NCBI GenBank assembly: GCA_003281085.1
Contig: QCCZ01000001.1
Coordinates: 99,452 to 163,451, forward strand
Origin: OCS155 cluster bacterium AG-349-E07
Lineage (GTDB): Bacteria; Actinomycetota; Acidimicrobiia; Actinomarinales; Actinomarinaceae
DNA: 64,000 bases
Direction: 5' to 3'
Shown: in pieces, positions 49,236 to 58,738 of the stretch
Layout of the letters: every line of letters begins with the position of its first letter
How positions within the stretch are numbered: the first letter of the stretch is position 1
Position numbers and translations under genes: made by a program
The notes under the pieces: generated by a model
The model's input: only the letters and a program-made list of their open reading frames with translations
Told to the model about the DNA's origin: nothing
Database searches by the model: none

Positions 49236-49999
49236 TTCTTTAAGCGACGTTTAATCCACGCAATGTCTTTCTTTTGCGCTTCTAGTCCTCCAGGAGTTTC
49301 TACAACAATATCTGTTTTACAGTTTTTAATGACATATTCAAGTTCAGCTTTTGGAATCTGTCCTTTGCCCAAGTTCTCGTGGCGATCTCTCGAGCTTTCA
49401 AAACCATCTTTTGAGTCATTGAAATGAACAAGGTCTATCTTTTTAACAAGTTTTTTAAATCCTTTTACTGCTTTTTCTGTAGGAATTCCTCCTGCCCATG
49501 TATGGCATGTATCGAGACAGAGCCCAACGTTTAAATGGCCAATTACTTCCCATAGTCTTTCAATGGAGTCCATGTATCTGGCAACTGAGTTTTTTCCACC
49601 AGCTGTATTTTCTACCAGTACTCGCATTCCGGTGTCTTCAACATGTTCTATAGCTTTTTTCCAGTTGTCATAACCAACACCAATGTCTCCACCTTCTCCA
49701 ACAGACCCTCCGTGAACAATGACTCCTTTGGCGCCAAAACTTGCGGCGACTTTACATGTGTCTTTTAATAATTTTCTACTGGGATGACGTACTTTATTGT
49801 TTGGAGTGGCAACATTTATTAAGTATGGTGCGTGGACATATATTGGTCCGTCATAATCTTGTAAAATATCGACGTCTTCTCGAGGTTTTGGGCTTTTCCA
49901 CATTTGAGGACTGGATATAAATATTTGAAAAGTGTCACCTTTTCGCATTTTTATCTCTTCAATTGCGTTTTTTGAGGGTATATGAGCACCAATATTCAT
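49232..49999 (-). CDS. nfo: endonuclease IV-like AP endonuclease (xylose-isomerase-like TIM barrel)
   Basis: GAH, HAPYLINVA, VHGGS blocks. Confidence 0.65.
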   Translation of the reverse strand: MNIGAHIPSKNAIEEIKMRKGDTFQIFISSPQMWKSPKPREDVDILQDYDGPIYVHAPYLINVATPNNKVRHPSRKLLKDTCKVAASFGAKGVIVHGGSVGEGGDIGVGYDNWKKAIEHVEDTGMRVLVENTAGGKNSVARYMDSIERLWEVIGHLNVGLCLDTCHTWAGGIPTEKAVKGFKKLVKKIDLVHFNDSKDGFESSRDRHENLGKGQIPKAELEYVIKNCKTDIVVETPGGLEAQKKDIAWIKRRLKK

Positions 50000-50149
50000 G
50001 AATTTAAGTATAAATCATCCTAATTTTTGCCCAAATGATAAAAATAAACGATACAACACTAAAATAAGAGTAAGACTTCCTTTCGTACTTTGAGCCACTT
50101 CAAAAGGGCGATAAAACAAAAATTACAGCCACAGGGAGTCTTTTTGCCT

Positions 50150-50420
50150 TTTTTCAGAAAAAACATTGTATAAAGTGAAAATCCCGATTGATCTTGCGAC
50201 CCTCCGGGATTTTCGAACTATCTTCTATTAGGTCTTGCGACTTCATTTCTGATAGTTATATAAAAATAGTGTAGATTTGCTATTTTGGCAAGAAATTTGA
50301 GTTTGTTTTTTTCGCGAACTTTTATACATAAATTCTATAAATATTTCAATGTGGAAAGCAAAAATCCCGATTGATCTTCCGACCCTTCGGGATTTTCTGT
50401 TCTATCTTCTTTTCTATCTT
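50150..50420 (+). repeat. diverged tandem duplication of an approximately 180-bp intergenic unit, each copy with a conserved hairpin AAAATCCCG-N18-CGGGATTTT (50178..50213 and 50361..50396)
   Basis: read directly; the two copies align over about 120 bp, ending ...ggcaag / ...tgcaag. Confidence 0.55.
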
Positions 50421-50506
50421 TCGATTTCTTTTCCGATAGTGTTCTATAAATATACGTTATTTTTTATTCTTATGCAAGATATTTACTAATCTATTTTTCG
50501 CGAGGT

Positions 50507-50734
50507 TCATTCCTCTTCTAGAGTGTTATCAGGTCTAAAGGCTTCTTTCACAGAAACAATAATTTGAGAAAGTCCAAGAAAAAGAAGTAGATAATACAAA
50601 TACTCTTCTCTAGTGTTTGTACCAAACTCTTTTAGATCAAAGTAGGTTTTGAGAAATTCTCTAAACGGACCATCAAGAATATTATCTAAGGCTAGATAGA
50701 TTAATGTCACTCCAAAAAGAAAAGGTCTTATCAA
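50507..50734 (-). CDS. small membrane protein
   Basis: two hydrophobic segments; ORF only. Confidence 0.25.
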   Translation of the reverse strand: MIRPFLFGVTLIYLALDNILDGPFREFLKTYFDLKEFGTNTREEYLYYLLLFLGLSQIIVSVKEAFRPDNTLEEE

Positions 50735-50800
50735 TTTTTTCTCTCTTTATATTTTTTATCTTTAGGTATCAGAATAACCTAATTTAGCTATTGTTTTGGT

Positions 50801-51496
50801 ATGGAAATTGTACTTATACGCCATGGACAGCCTGCATGGATGCTAAACGATGAATATACAAGAAATCCTGGCCTCACTGAACTTGGAGTTATTCAGGCTA
50901 AAAAATCTGCTGACCAGTTTCCAGAGAATAGCATCGATCAGCTCTGGGTTTCACCTTTAAACAGAACCGCACAAACACTTGTACCCTTTGAAGAAAATGA
51001 AGTTGCTAAAGAGATAAAGACTTTCGAGTGGCTGAAAGAAATGGAAGATAAAGACGAGGTTGCATTGTATGGAAAAAGCACCGATGAGATAATGAGTTTT
51101 TTTGAAAAAAGGAATAGTCAAACGTTTGAAGAGTGGTCTGCTAGTAACCATGGAGTATATATGCAGGATTTTGCTAAGAACATAATCACCAATCTTGAAA
51201 AGGAATTAAAAAGCCTAGGGATTGTATGCACAGATGATACCTTTGATAAGAAATTTGAAATAAAAAATGATTCTATAAAAAATTTAATGATAATTTCGCA
51301 TGCAGGAACAATGTCTGTTTTGCTTTCATATTTTTTAAATATGCCACTTTATGCATGGACATGGAAAAAATTCCTACCAAGACACACCGGTCATACAAGG
51401 TTGAAATCTACCGCAATATCAGACGGTCACTTTTTTAGGCTTAAAGAGTTTAATAATGTGTCTTTTATAGAAAATCCAGAGGAGCAAACCTACTAA
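50801..51496 (+). CDS. histidine phosphatase family protein (PGM/SixA-like)
   Basis: N-terminal LIRHGQ catalytic RHG motif. Confidence 0.7.
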   Translation: MEIVLIRHGQPAWMLNDEYTRNPGLTELGVIQAKKSADQFPENSIDQLWVSPLNRTAQTLVPFEENEVAKEIKTFEWLKEMEDKDEVALYGKSTDEIMSFFEKRNSQTFEEWSASNHGVYMQDFAKNIITNLEKELKSLGIVCTDDTFDKKFEIKNDSIKNLMIISHAGTMSVLLSYFLNMPLYAWTWKKFLPRHTGHTRLKSTAISDGHFFRLKEFNNVSFIENPEEQTY

Positions 51497-51515
51497 AATA
51501 TTAACTTAGAGGAAA

Positions 51516-52184
51516 ATGACATATACTAAAATTCTTCCAGATATAACTGTTAGCTCTCTTACCCCTCGAAAAAAAAGATTTTTCTTGAAATATCTTGCTA
51601 GATTTCTCCTACTCTTTGAAAATATACGACCTGTTGGTAGTTTTTTAGACAATAAAAGAGTTGTTCTTGTCGCAGCACCCCATCAATCAGGTAAAGATGA
51701 GTACTTAATGATTTTAATAATTCTCGCCTTAGATGTTGATGTTTGTTATCTGTCTGCCAAATGGACTATGAGAAGAATACCTAATCCATTTGAGAAATCG
51801 AAAGATATTGATAATCAAGGGATTAGATGGCCACTTGGATGGCTACAGGAAATAATCTTTAGAAAGTTTGGAGCAATTCCAGTTGATAGAAAAGGAAATA
51901 GTGGACAGTACAATTCTGTAATTGAGGAATTGAAAAAGAGAGATTCTTTTTTACTAATCGTTACACCAGAAGGAAGATTTGACGCGACAAGATTTAGAAC
52001 AAGCTTTTTATTTATCGCAAAACAACTCAATGCAGAAGTAATGCCAGTCCAGATAGATTATGAGAATGAAATATTTAATATCTTAGAATCTTTCAATATT
52101 GAAGGAGATACAGAAAGTGTTGTTAAAAATCTAAGACTTAAATTTGATGGAGTTAAAGGAAAGAAAAGTAGATTTAAAGCGTAA
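51516..52184 (+). CDS. PlsC-like acyltransferase
   Basis: HX4D (APHQSGKDE) and PEGR motifs. Confidence 0.5.
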   Translation: MTYTKILPDITVSSLTPRKKRFFLKYLARFLLLFENIRPVGSFLDNKRVVLVAAPHQSGKDEYLMILIILALDVDVCYLSAKWTMRRIPNPFEKSKDIDNQGIRWPLGWLQEIIFRKFGAIPVDRKGNSGQYNSVIEELKKRDSFLLIVTPEGRFDATRFRTSFLFIAKQLNAEVMPVQIDYENEIFNILESFNIEGDTESVVKNLRLKFDGVKGKKSRFKA

Positions 52185-53044
52185 TGGAAGAAAAGATTAA
52201 TCATCTTATCAAAGAGCGAGCTCCTTGGTTGGCTAAGAAAAATTTTATATCTTTATTGATTCTTAACTTCCTTAAAAAACTTTTGAGGTTTGATGAAACA
52301 ATTTACGCAGGAGATTATATACAAGACTTATCTGGTGCTGAAGCATTTAATTGGTTAGGAGATCAATACACTAATAACTGCTCTGTTGAGGGTTTGGAAA
52401 ATATACCTAGTGATGGAAGTTGTCTTCTGGTGGCTAACCATCCTATGGGTGCGGCAGACGCAATAGCTTTATATAGGCAGCTATATAAAGTGAGGAAAGA
52501 TGCATTTTTCTTTGCAAATGAACTCTTTGTTTACTTGCTTGGTTCATTCCATAACGTAATGGCACCAGTTGTGTGGAATAAAGAAAAAGAGACACACTCT
52601 GCAACCAAGGTTACTCTCGAAAGACTTCATACTTTTTTTAATGATAAGAGACCTGGAATAATTTTCCCTTCTGGAAGACTCTCTAAACTTACATTATTTG
52701 GATTATGGGATAGAGAATGGGAGAAAACTCCAATACTGCTTGCTAAAAAGAATAATTTTCCACTAATTCCTGTACATGTAGAAGGTAAAAATTCCTGGTT
52801 CTTTTATTTTGCTTCTTATACAAACAAACAATTAAGAGATGTTTCACAACTCAATGAATTATTTAATAAGAGAGACAAACACATCTCAATCAAAATAGGA
52901 AAGCCAGTAAAAGTTTCTGAGCTTAGTAGTAATAATGATATTGCTATTCAACAGTTGAGATATAAGGTTGAGAGCTTAGGAAAAAAAGGCTTGTTTAAAA
53001 TAAATAGGTTTATTCATTTAAGAAAGTTTAAAAAAATTACCTAA
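52184..53044 (+). CDS. putative acyltransferase
   Basis: VANHPMGAADA motif and FPSGRLS resembling acyltransferase motifs I and III. Confidence 0.4.
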   Translation: MEEKINHLIKERAPWLAKKNFISLLILNFLKKLLRFDETIYAGDYIQDLSGAEAFNWLGDQYTNNCSVEGLENIPSDGSCLLVANHPMGAADAIALYRQLYKVRKDAFFFANELFVYLLGSFHNVMAPVVWNKEKETHSATKVTLERLHTFFNDKRPGIIFPSGRLSKLTLFGLWDREWEKTPILLAKKNNFPLIPVHVEGKNSWFFYFASYTNKQLRDVSQLNELFNKRDKHISIKIGKPVKVSELSSNNDIAIQQLRYKVESLGKKGLFKINRFIHLRKFKKIT

Positions 53045-54014
53045 CTACTTCACCAGACGTAGGGCTCACACCTAAGTTTCCTAACATGTACCCAAATAGA
53101 AGTGGTGTTGTAACCAGGCCGCCAAGGCCATAAAAACGCCATGAGAGATCGACTCCATTAAGTACAGAAAAAGCCAATAAATGTATAACAAATATTAGAC
53201 CGTAAGAGCCAGCAACTAAGGCCGTACTTATTTGAATTTTTCTATCATGATTTGTTGTTTGATACCATTTAGTGATTTGATATATAAGTGCAGACATTAA
53301 TAAACCAGAGACACAAATTAGAATTGTTCGATTAAATTCACCAAGGCTTGGATTTATTGAGATATACAAAAAAGAAATTAAATAAACAAGTGACATCTGT
53401 TTTGGTGAAACTTTAAAACGCACTACATAAACAAATATAAAACTGGCAAGCATTGCCTGCAGTATTACACCGCCAGCAGCAAGTTCATCTTCTCTTTCGA
53501 CAAAAGACCAAATATTTAAAAATGGATTTATAAATAGTGTTATAAACATAACTAACCCATAACTTGTCGCTGCAGAAAATATTGATGCATTATCCAAACT
53601 CTCTTTTGATGGCCTTGTAGTAAAAACATAATCTAACATGAGAAATGAACCAAGAAATAACATGAGATGAGATGGAGTAATAAGAGGCTCTACTCCAGTT
53701 TCTATTCCAAGTAGTGTGTGCCATATAGCATCTGATGCTCCACCTATTCCAAAAATAACTGCTCCTAAAACACCTATATCAAATTTATAATCCTTCATTT
53801 TATTTTTTATATACATAACTACCAAAACTGAAAAAGCATACCCTGAATAAAGTACACCATGCCAAGGTGTAAAGAATGTCTCAATATCATCTATGAGATA
53901 GGTATGTGCGCTTGAATCAATCCATGCTCCTGAAAAGAACCAGATCATAGAAAATATTAATAGTCTCCTATGTGTTTGATTTGTAATAGATGTTGGTGAC
54001 AATTTATTAAACAT
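53037..54014 (-). CDS. polytopic membrane protein
   Basis: about 9 TM; no motif. Confidence 0.3.
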   Translation of the reverse strand: MFNKLSPTSITNQTHRRLLIFSMIWFFSGAWIDSSAHTYLIDDIETFFTPWHGVLYSGYAFSVLVVMYIKNKMKDYKFDIGVLGAVIFGIGGASDAIWHTLLGIETGVEPLITPSHLMLFLGSFLMLDYVFTTRPSKESLDNASIFSAATSYGLVMFITLFINPFLNIWSFVEREDELAAGGVILQAMLASFIFVYVVRFKVSPKQMSLVYLISFLYISINPSLGEFNRTILICVSGLLMSALIYQITKWYQTTNHDRKIQISTALVAGSYGLIFVIHLLAFSVLNGVDLSWRFYGLGGLVTTPLLFGYMLGNLGVSPTSGEVVR

Positions 54015-54092
54015 TTTTTATCTATAACTTATTTTAAACAATTGTTTTATTTCTTATTCTTGAAATTACTAAAACTAAATTAAAATTCACCC

Positions 54093-55259
54093 ATGAAAGA
54101 AAATAATTTTTCAAGAACATTAACTAAGAGAAATTCTTTATATCTAGGTTTGAGTTCAATGATTGGTGCGGGATTATTTTATAATTTAGCTCCTACTTCA
54201 AAAATTAGTTCTTACTCATCCATTTTAGGATTATTGCTTGCAAGCACTCTTGCATTTGCAAATGCCTCATCATCTGCTCAGCTCGCATCGTTATATCCAC
54301 AAACTGGTGGAACCTACTTATATGCAAACAAAGTGTTGGGGAAGCTGCCTGGAAATATTGCTGGAATTGTATTTATATTAGGAAAGACAGTTAGTTGTGT
54401 TGCTATTGCTATAACTCTTGGAAATTACATATCTCCAATTTATGGCAAAGAACTTGGTGTGGGTTTATCTTTAGTTGTCTTTTTAGTTGGATACAAAGGA
54501 ATTACAAAAACTGCAGCTTTAGCAAGGTGGTTTGTTCTTATAGTGATATCAATTTTAGCTTTTTTCTGTATTGCAATACTTATGACACCTTCAACAAATA
54601 CTGCTATTCCTTTGCTTGAAGGATTTAGTACTAGTAATTTGTTTTTATCAGCAGCTTTATGGTTTTTTGCTTTTACAGGTTATTCAAGACTTGCAACATA
54701 CGGAGAAGAAGTAAAAAATCCTGAAAAAATAATCCCTAGTTCAATACTTACTGGCTTGGGTGTTACGGTTATAATTTATCTTTTGGTAAATTGGCTAGCG
54801 CTATCAATCATAGGGCCCGAAGTTGTTGCAAACTCATACACTCCCTTGCTTATTGCAATGGATGTATCAGTAATGTCTGATTTTTCATTTCTAATAGTTT
54901 TTGCATCTACAATTGCTACTGCTTCGGTGTTTCTTGCTTTACTTCCAGCGATAAGCAGAATATATGTTGCAATGTCAAGAGATGGTATTCTTCCAAATGT
55001 GTTTTCAAAAATACATAATAAAAATAACTCGGCATATGTTTCAGAATTGTTTGTTTTACTAACAGTGGTTGTAGGAATTTATACCATAAATATTACAAAC
55101 GCAATAAAGCTCAGTGCATTCTTTATTCTCATTTATTATTCACTCACTAATTTAAGTGTGATCAACTTACACAAAAACCAAAGACTCTACTCAGTCTCCA
55201 TAGCGTATTACGGTCTTTTGATGTGCATGGTTCTCGGGTTTTCCCTAGTTCTCATATAA
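54093..55259 (+). CDS. APC-superfamily amino acid/polyamine permease
   Basis: 12 TM; size; Gly-rich TM1 region. Confidence 0.55.
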   Translation: MKENNFSRTLTKRNSLYLGLSSMIGAGLFYNLAPTSKISSYSSILGLLLASTLAFANASSSAQLASLYPQTGGTYLYANKVLGKLPGNIAGIVFILGKTVSCVAIAITLGNYISPIYGKELGVGLSLVVFLVGYKGITKTAALARWFVLIVISILAFFCIAILMTPSTNTAIPLLEGFSTSNLFLSAALWFFAFTGYSRLATYGEEVKNPEKIIPSSILTGLGVTVIIYLLVNWLALSIIGPEVVANSYTPLLIAMDVSVMSDFSFLIVFASTIATASVFLALLPAISRIYVAMSRDGILPNVFSKIHNKNNSAYVSELFVLLTVVVGIYTINITNAIKLSAFFILIYYSLTNLSVINLHKNQRLYSVSIAYYGLLMCMVLGFSLVLI

Positions 55260-55260
55260 A

Positions 55261-55288
55261 AAACAAACCGGATTTAAATCCGGTTTGT
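55261..55288. terminator. bidirectional intrinsic terminator hairpin ACAAACCGGATTT/AAATCCGGTTTGT
   Basis: perfect 13-bp palindrome immediately after the permease stop. Confidence 0.55.
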
Positions 55289-55398
55289 CAAAATAACCTG
55301 TGAAGTCTTCCCCCAAAGTTCTCACTAATTATTTGAAGATATGATCTCCCCGTAATCATTGTACAAATCAGTATTTTGGAATGCATTAAAAAAACTAT

Positions 55399-55456
55399 AT
55401 TTTCACAAACTGAGATCTTTTGTGAAAATAAAATCACAATCTTGCAAGGTTGTGAA
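55399..55456. promoter_or_regulatory. two inverted repeats with TCACA/TGTGA half-sites (ATTTTCACAAA-N8-TTTGTGAAAAT; TCACAA-N11-TTGTGA with internal CTTGCAAG palindrome) upstream of the 55571 gene
   Basis: read directly. Confidence 0.35.
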
Positions 55457-55570
55457 GAAGAAATTATAATGTATTAAAGGGTCAATCACGTGTATGCGTT
55501 GAAAATCACTCAAACACACTTCCATAGGTGGTTGACCTATGCCCAAAGTAGTAGCTTCTAAATTTTATTT

Positions 55571-56107
55571 GTGACATATTTTTTTATTTTTATAAAGATG
55601 ATTTATATTTATAAAATGAAAGGTTTTAACTCATCTAGTAGTCAGGTATTTTCTCAAAAACCTGACGAGTTATGGAATGCTATTTCAAAAGAAAATAATC
55701 TAAACGATACACATCCATTTTGTAAAGAAAATGAAATATTAGTTTGGAACGAAGAAAACCATATAGATAAACTCGTATACTTAAATGGCCTCACATTTAT
55801 CAGAGAGTTTTCAGAATGGTTTGAGGGTATTGGTTATAATTTGTGGATTGGAACAAAACGTGGTCCAAAGTCTTATGTTGAATGGAGAATTGCAGAGCAT
55901 TCTCTAGGATCCGAGTTAAGAATAACTGTATACCCTTTCTTCTTTAGAAAATGGCCTAAGTTTATTGCTTTTTTACCATATTATTTATACATAAACCCTA
56001 AATTAACATCTTATTTAAATTCTGTTGTAGGAGGTTTTAAATGGTACCTAGATGAAGGAACAGCAGTACCTAGAAACCATTTTGGAAAACATCGCTGGTT
56101 TTCATAA
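55571..56107 (+). CDS. SRPBCC-like hypothetical protein
   Basis: weak fold-level pattern only. Confidence 0.25.
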   Translation: MTYFFIFIKMIYIYKMKGFNSSSSQVFSQKPDELWNAISKENNLNDTHPFCKENEILVWNEENHIDKLVYLNGLTFIREFSEWFEGIGYNLWIGTKRGPKSYVEWRIAEHSLGSELRITVYPFFFRKWPKFIAFLPYYLYINPKLTSYLNSVVGGFKWYLDEGTAVPRNHFGKHRWFS

Positions 56108-56146
56108 ATTAATTTTCATCTTCACATCCGCATTCTGGACAAAACA

Positions 56147-56518
56147 TTACCCTCTCCTTTCTTCTAGTTTTATAATCGCCCGATTCTTATCAGGTCCTTT
56201 CATAATCATTTTTGCCATCATGCCATATTTTTTCCTGATTATATCTGCAGCATGCTTTTTCATATCCGCATCCTCTATAAGAGATGCTTTTAGATCGAGG
56301 CTTTCTGATAACTTTTTTGAGCCGTTTTGGTTAGTAATATAAATTGTTGCTTTACCGTTGTTTCTAACCCTCTTTACTTTTCCAGCGTTAAGGCTTGTTG
56401 TTACAACTAATGAGTTTGAAAAATCTGCAACCCATACCGGTGTTGTGATAGGCGTTTTGTCTTTTTTGTATGTGATTAGATTTATGTATTCGACATCTGA
56501 AAAATCTTTTAAATTCAT
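56147..56518 (-). CDS. PPOX-class (pyridoxamine 5'-phosphate oxidase-like) F420/FMN-binding split-barrel protein
   Basis: TPVWVADF..SLVVTT..GKVKRVRNNGKATI pattern typical of PPOX-class F420-dependent enzymes. Confidence 0.5.
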   Translation of the reverse strand: MNLKDFSDVEYINLITYKKDKTPITTPVWVADFSNSLVVTTSLNAGKVKRVRNNGKATIYITNQNGSKKLSESLDLKASLIEDADMKKHAADIIRKKYGMMAKMIMKGPDKNRAIIKLEERRG

Positions 56519-56680
56519 AAATTCAGTTTAAAGATAGTTTAATAAAAGTTCAGGAAGTTGTTTTAATCTTCTTGCTGTGTCGTCTTCAGAAAAAAGTATA
56601 TAGAGAAGCAACAAAATAAGTATTACTCTTGTAAGTGTTATTTTTCTGAACATAGAAATATGCTAAATATTTTCAATATA

Positions 56681-56714
56681 AAAAAAAGGGATTTTATAAA
56701 AAATCCCTTTTTTT
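56681..56714. terminator. bidirectional intrinsic terminator A8-GGGATTTT-ataa-AAAATCCC-T7
   Basis: read directly; closes the minus-strand operon ending at 56740. Confidence 0.65.
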
Positions 56715-56739
56715 CTATGCGTTATCTGTCCACTTAGAT

Positions 56740-57375
56740 TTATGTTGGAGTATCTCCCTCATTAAAATCAATAAACAACTTACCTGCATACACAGGTCCC
56801 ATATAAGCTACAGTGCTTCCATCAAACATTTCAGACTCTGATTCACTATCTAGTGCTGCCTGTAATTTTTCAACAGCTACATTCATTTCTTCCTCAGAAT
56901 CCCAGAAGTTCCAACTAATAGCGCTACTTCCGTCAAAAACTGCACCTGTTACTTGAAGGCCTTCAGACTCTTCATAAATTGGTTCTACTTTTTCTTTGAG
57001 GAAGCTCAATACTGCGTCTGTGTCTTTTGCAACACCAACAACCAACCTTAAATAGCTTGGTCTTGTACTGTCCTTAGCCATAGTCTTATATACCTTGCCA
57101 TAAACTGCATCTCCTTGATAAATTACAGGAGGTGCCGACATCATTCCAGCTGCTTCTGATAATACGCCTTGTATTTTTTCTTCTACAGCATCTACAGCTT
57201 CCTTACTTTCATAAGCAGCCAAATTAACGCCAGAAGTCTCCCCTGTAATAGCAGCCATCATCGTTAGAAGTCCAGGTGTGCCATCAAACTCTGGCATAAC
57301 TTTTTCTTTAACAAAAGATATGGCTTCGTCTTTTTTTCCATCCTGAAGAGATGGAATCGTTATTCTAAAGTACAT
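56740..57375 (-). CDS. paralog 4 of a tandem double ABM/Dabb-like domain protein family
   Basis: MYFR... N-terminus; internal two-fold repeat; paralogous to 57391, 58739 and 59416. Confidence 0.45.
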   Translation of the reverse strand: MYFRITIPSLQDGKKDEAISFVKEKVMPEFDGTPGLLTMMAAITGETSGVNLAAYESKEAVDAVEEKIQGVLSEAAGMMSAPPVIYQGDAVYGKVYKTMAKDSTRPSYLRLVVGVAKDTDAVLSFLKEKVEPIYEESEGLQVTGAVFDGSSAISWNFWDSEEEMNVAVEKLQAALDSESESEMFDGSTVAYMGPVYAGKLFIDFNEGDTPT

Positions 57376-57390
57376 AATTTCCTTTCTTTT

Positions 57391-58035
57391 TTAATTAATT
57401 GAGTTCCCTGCTTTAAAGTCGGTAAATTGCCTCATAGCAAACGGTTCACCATAATAATCTGTAAATCCATCCATTAGTGGCATGAATTTTTCGTATACAT
57501 TTTCATCAGCATTAAGTTTTTCATCAAAACTGTGCTTTGCATCATGAGAAGTCCAAAACTCAAACAAAACAAGTGAGTTATCATCGATTTTAATTGATCC
57601 GTAAGAAATAATTCCCTCATCGTTTTCAAGTTTTGGTAGATAAATTTCTTTTTGAAGATTCATATATTCGTCAGCATTTTTTACATCCAACTTTGCGAAT
57701 GCCAAAAAGAAAGAATCTCTTGGTTCTTCAACTAGAGAGTCCTTTAGGGTCTTGCCAGTAAATAGTTCACCTTCATAAACCCTTGGAAAACTAGCAAGCA
57801 GATCTTGAATTTGCATCAAGTTTTCGTTTCTAATTTGTGCAAATTTATCTGCAGTCTCTTTGTCCTTCATGAATGCAATACCTAGGTTTACATTATCTTT
57901 TGGATTAAAAAAGGCTATTGAATACAAGTCTCCTTTAAGGATCTCTAAAGCTGGGAAGCCTGTGTTTTCAAAAAACTCTTTTAGTTCATCAAGCTTCCCA
58001 TCTTGAAATAAAATACTGACTGCTACTGCATACAT
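57391..58035 (-). CDS. paralog 3 of the double ABM/Dabb-like domain family
   Basis: shares the FEFWTSHDAKH block with the 59416 paralog (FNFWTSHDAAH). Confidence 0.45.
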   Translation of the reverse strand: MYAVAVSILFQDGKLDELKEFFENTGFPALEILKGDLYSIAFFNPKDNVNLGIAFMKDKETADKFAQIRNENLMQIQDLLASFPRVYEGELFTGKTLKDSLVEEPRDSFFLAFAKLDVKNADEYMNLQKEIYLPKLENDEGIISYGSIKIDDNSLVLFEFWTSHDAKHSFDEKLNADENVYEKFMPLMDGFTDYYGEPFAMRQFTDFKAGNSIN

Positions 58036-58099
58036 TTGTTTTATTTTTTACTCTACGGAATAATTTCCTATTTAAATGTTTCCATTACTTACCTCAGAA

Positions 58100-58726
58100 T
58101 TATTCTGCTGTGTTTAAAGATGCTCTAAACGAAACACCTAGAGCCCAAACTGTAGCAGGGTAAAGTATCACTCCGCCTAATATCAAGATAATCAAATTTG
58201 CAGCATCAGGAATTAAACCAAAGGCTGAACCTAAACCATTAGTCATTACTAAAATGGCTGCTCCATATCCTGCAATAACACCCCAGCTTGGTAAGAGATC
58301 TACCTTACTGCTTCGCAAAACAGTAATTGTAAATATTCCAAGAAAAAGAGCCCAAACAGGACCATTGGTTCCTGTTGTTTGCAAAACTTGATTAGTTGTC
58401 AAAAAAGCATTGTCGCTATTTGAAGCTAAGGGTCCTGCAAATGCATCTTGAACAAAAATGCACTGAGTAACAAAAGCTATTGTTCCAGTAATTCTTACAT
58501 ATGGATTATTGTCGTCTCCAAACAACTTAGTTGTTAGAGCAAAAACAAATAACAATGCAAACCCAGTAATCACATTTAGTGTCGAGATAACTGGTCCCCA
58601 TGTTTCGTTGTAACCAACGACTGTTGGATCAAGAGCAAATGCCTGAATTAAGAAATTAGGAATTATTCCAATAACAAAAATTCTAGCCATGCTTGAGCCA
58701 ATTGCTACTTCCTTAGTACTTAACAT
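58100..58726 (-). CDS. membrane protein (5-6 TM), distinct from the NIWRY family
   Basis: hydrophobicity; embedded in the operon. Confidence 0.35.
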   Translation of the reverse strand: MLSTKEVAIGSSMARIFVIGIIPNFLIQAFALDPTVVGYNETWGPVISTLNVITGFALLFVFALTTKLFGDDNNPYVRITGTIAFVTQCIFVQDAFAGPLASNSDNAFLTTNQVLQTTGTNGPVWALFLGIFTITVLRSSKVDLLPSWGVIAGYGAAILVMTNGLGSAFGLIPDAANLIILILGGVILYPATVWALGVSFRASLNTAE

Positions 58727-58738
58727 ATATTTCCTTTC

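Noticed and set aside
50041-50160. Possible tRNA-Sec or other tRNA in the repeat-rich intergenic region (contains CACTTCAAAAGGG)
   Set aside because: No acceptor-stem pairing, no GTTCGA/T-arm motif and no CCA-compatible 3' end could be folded by eye; treated as part of the unexplained non-coding island instead
50150-50420. CRISPR array
   Set aside because: Only two copies of a long (about 180-bp) unit with no short identical repeats alternating with unique spacers, and no cas genes in the window
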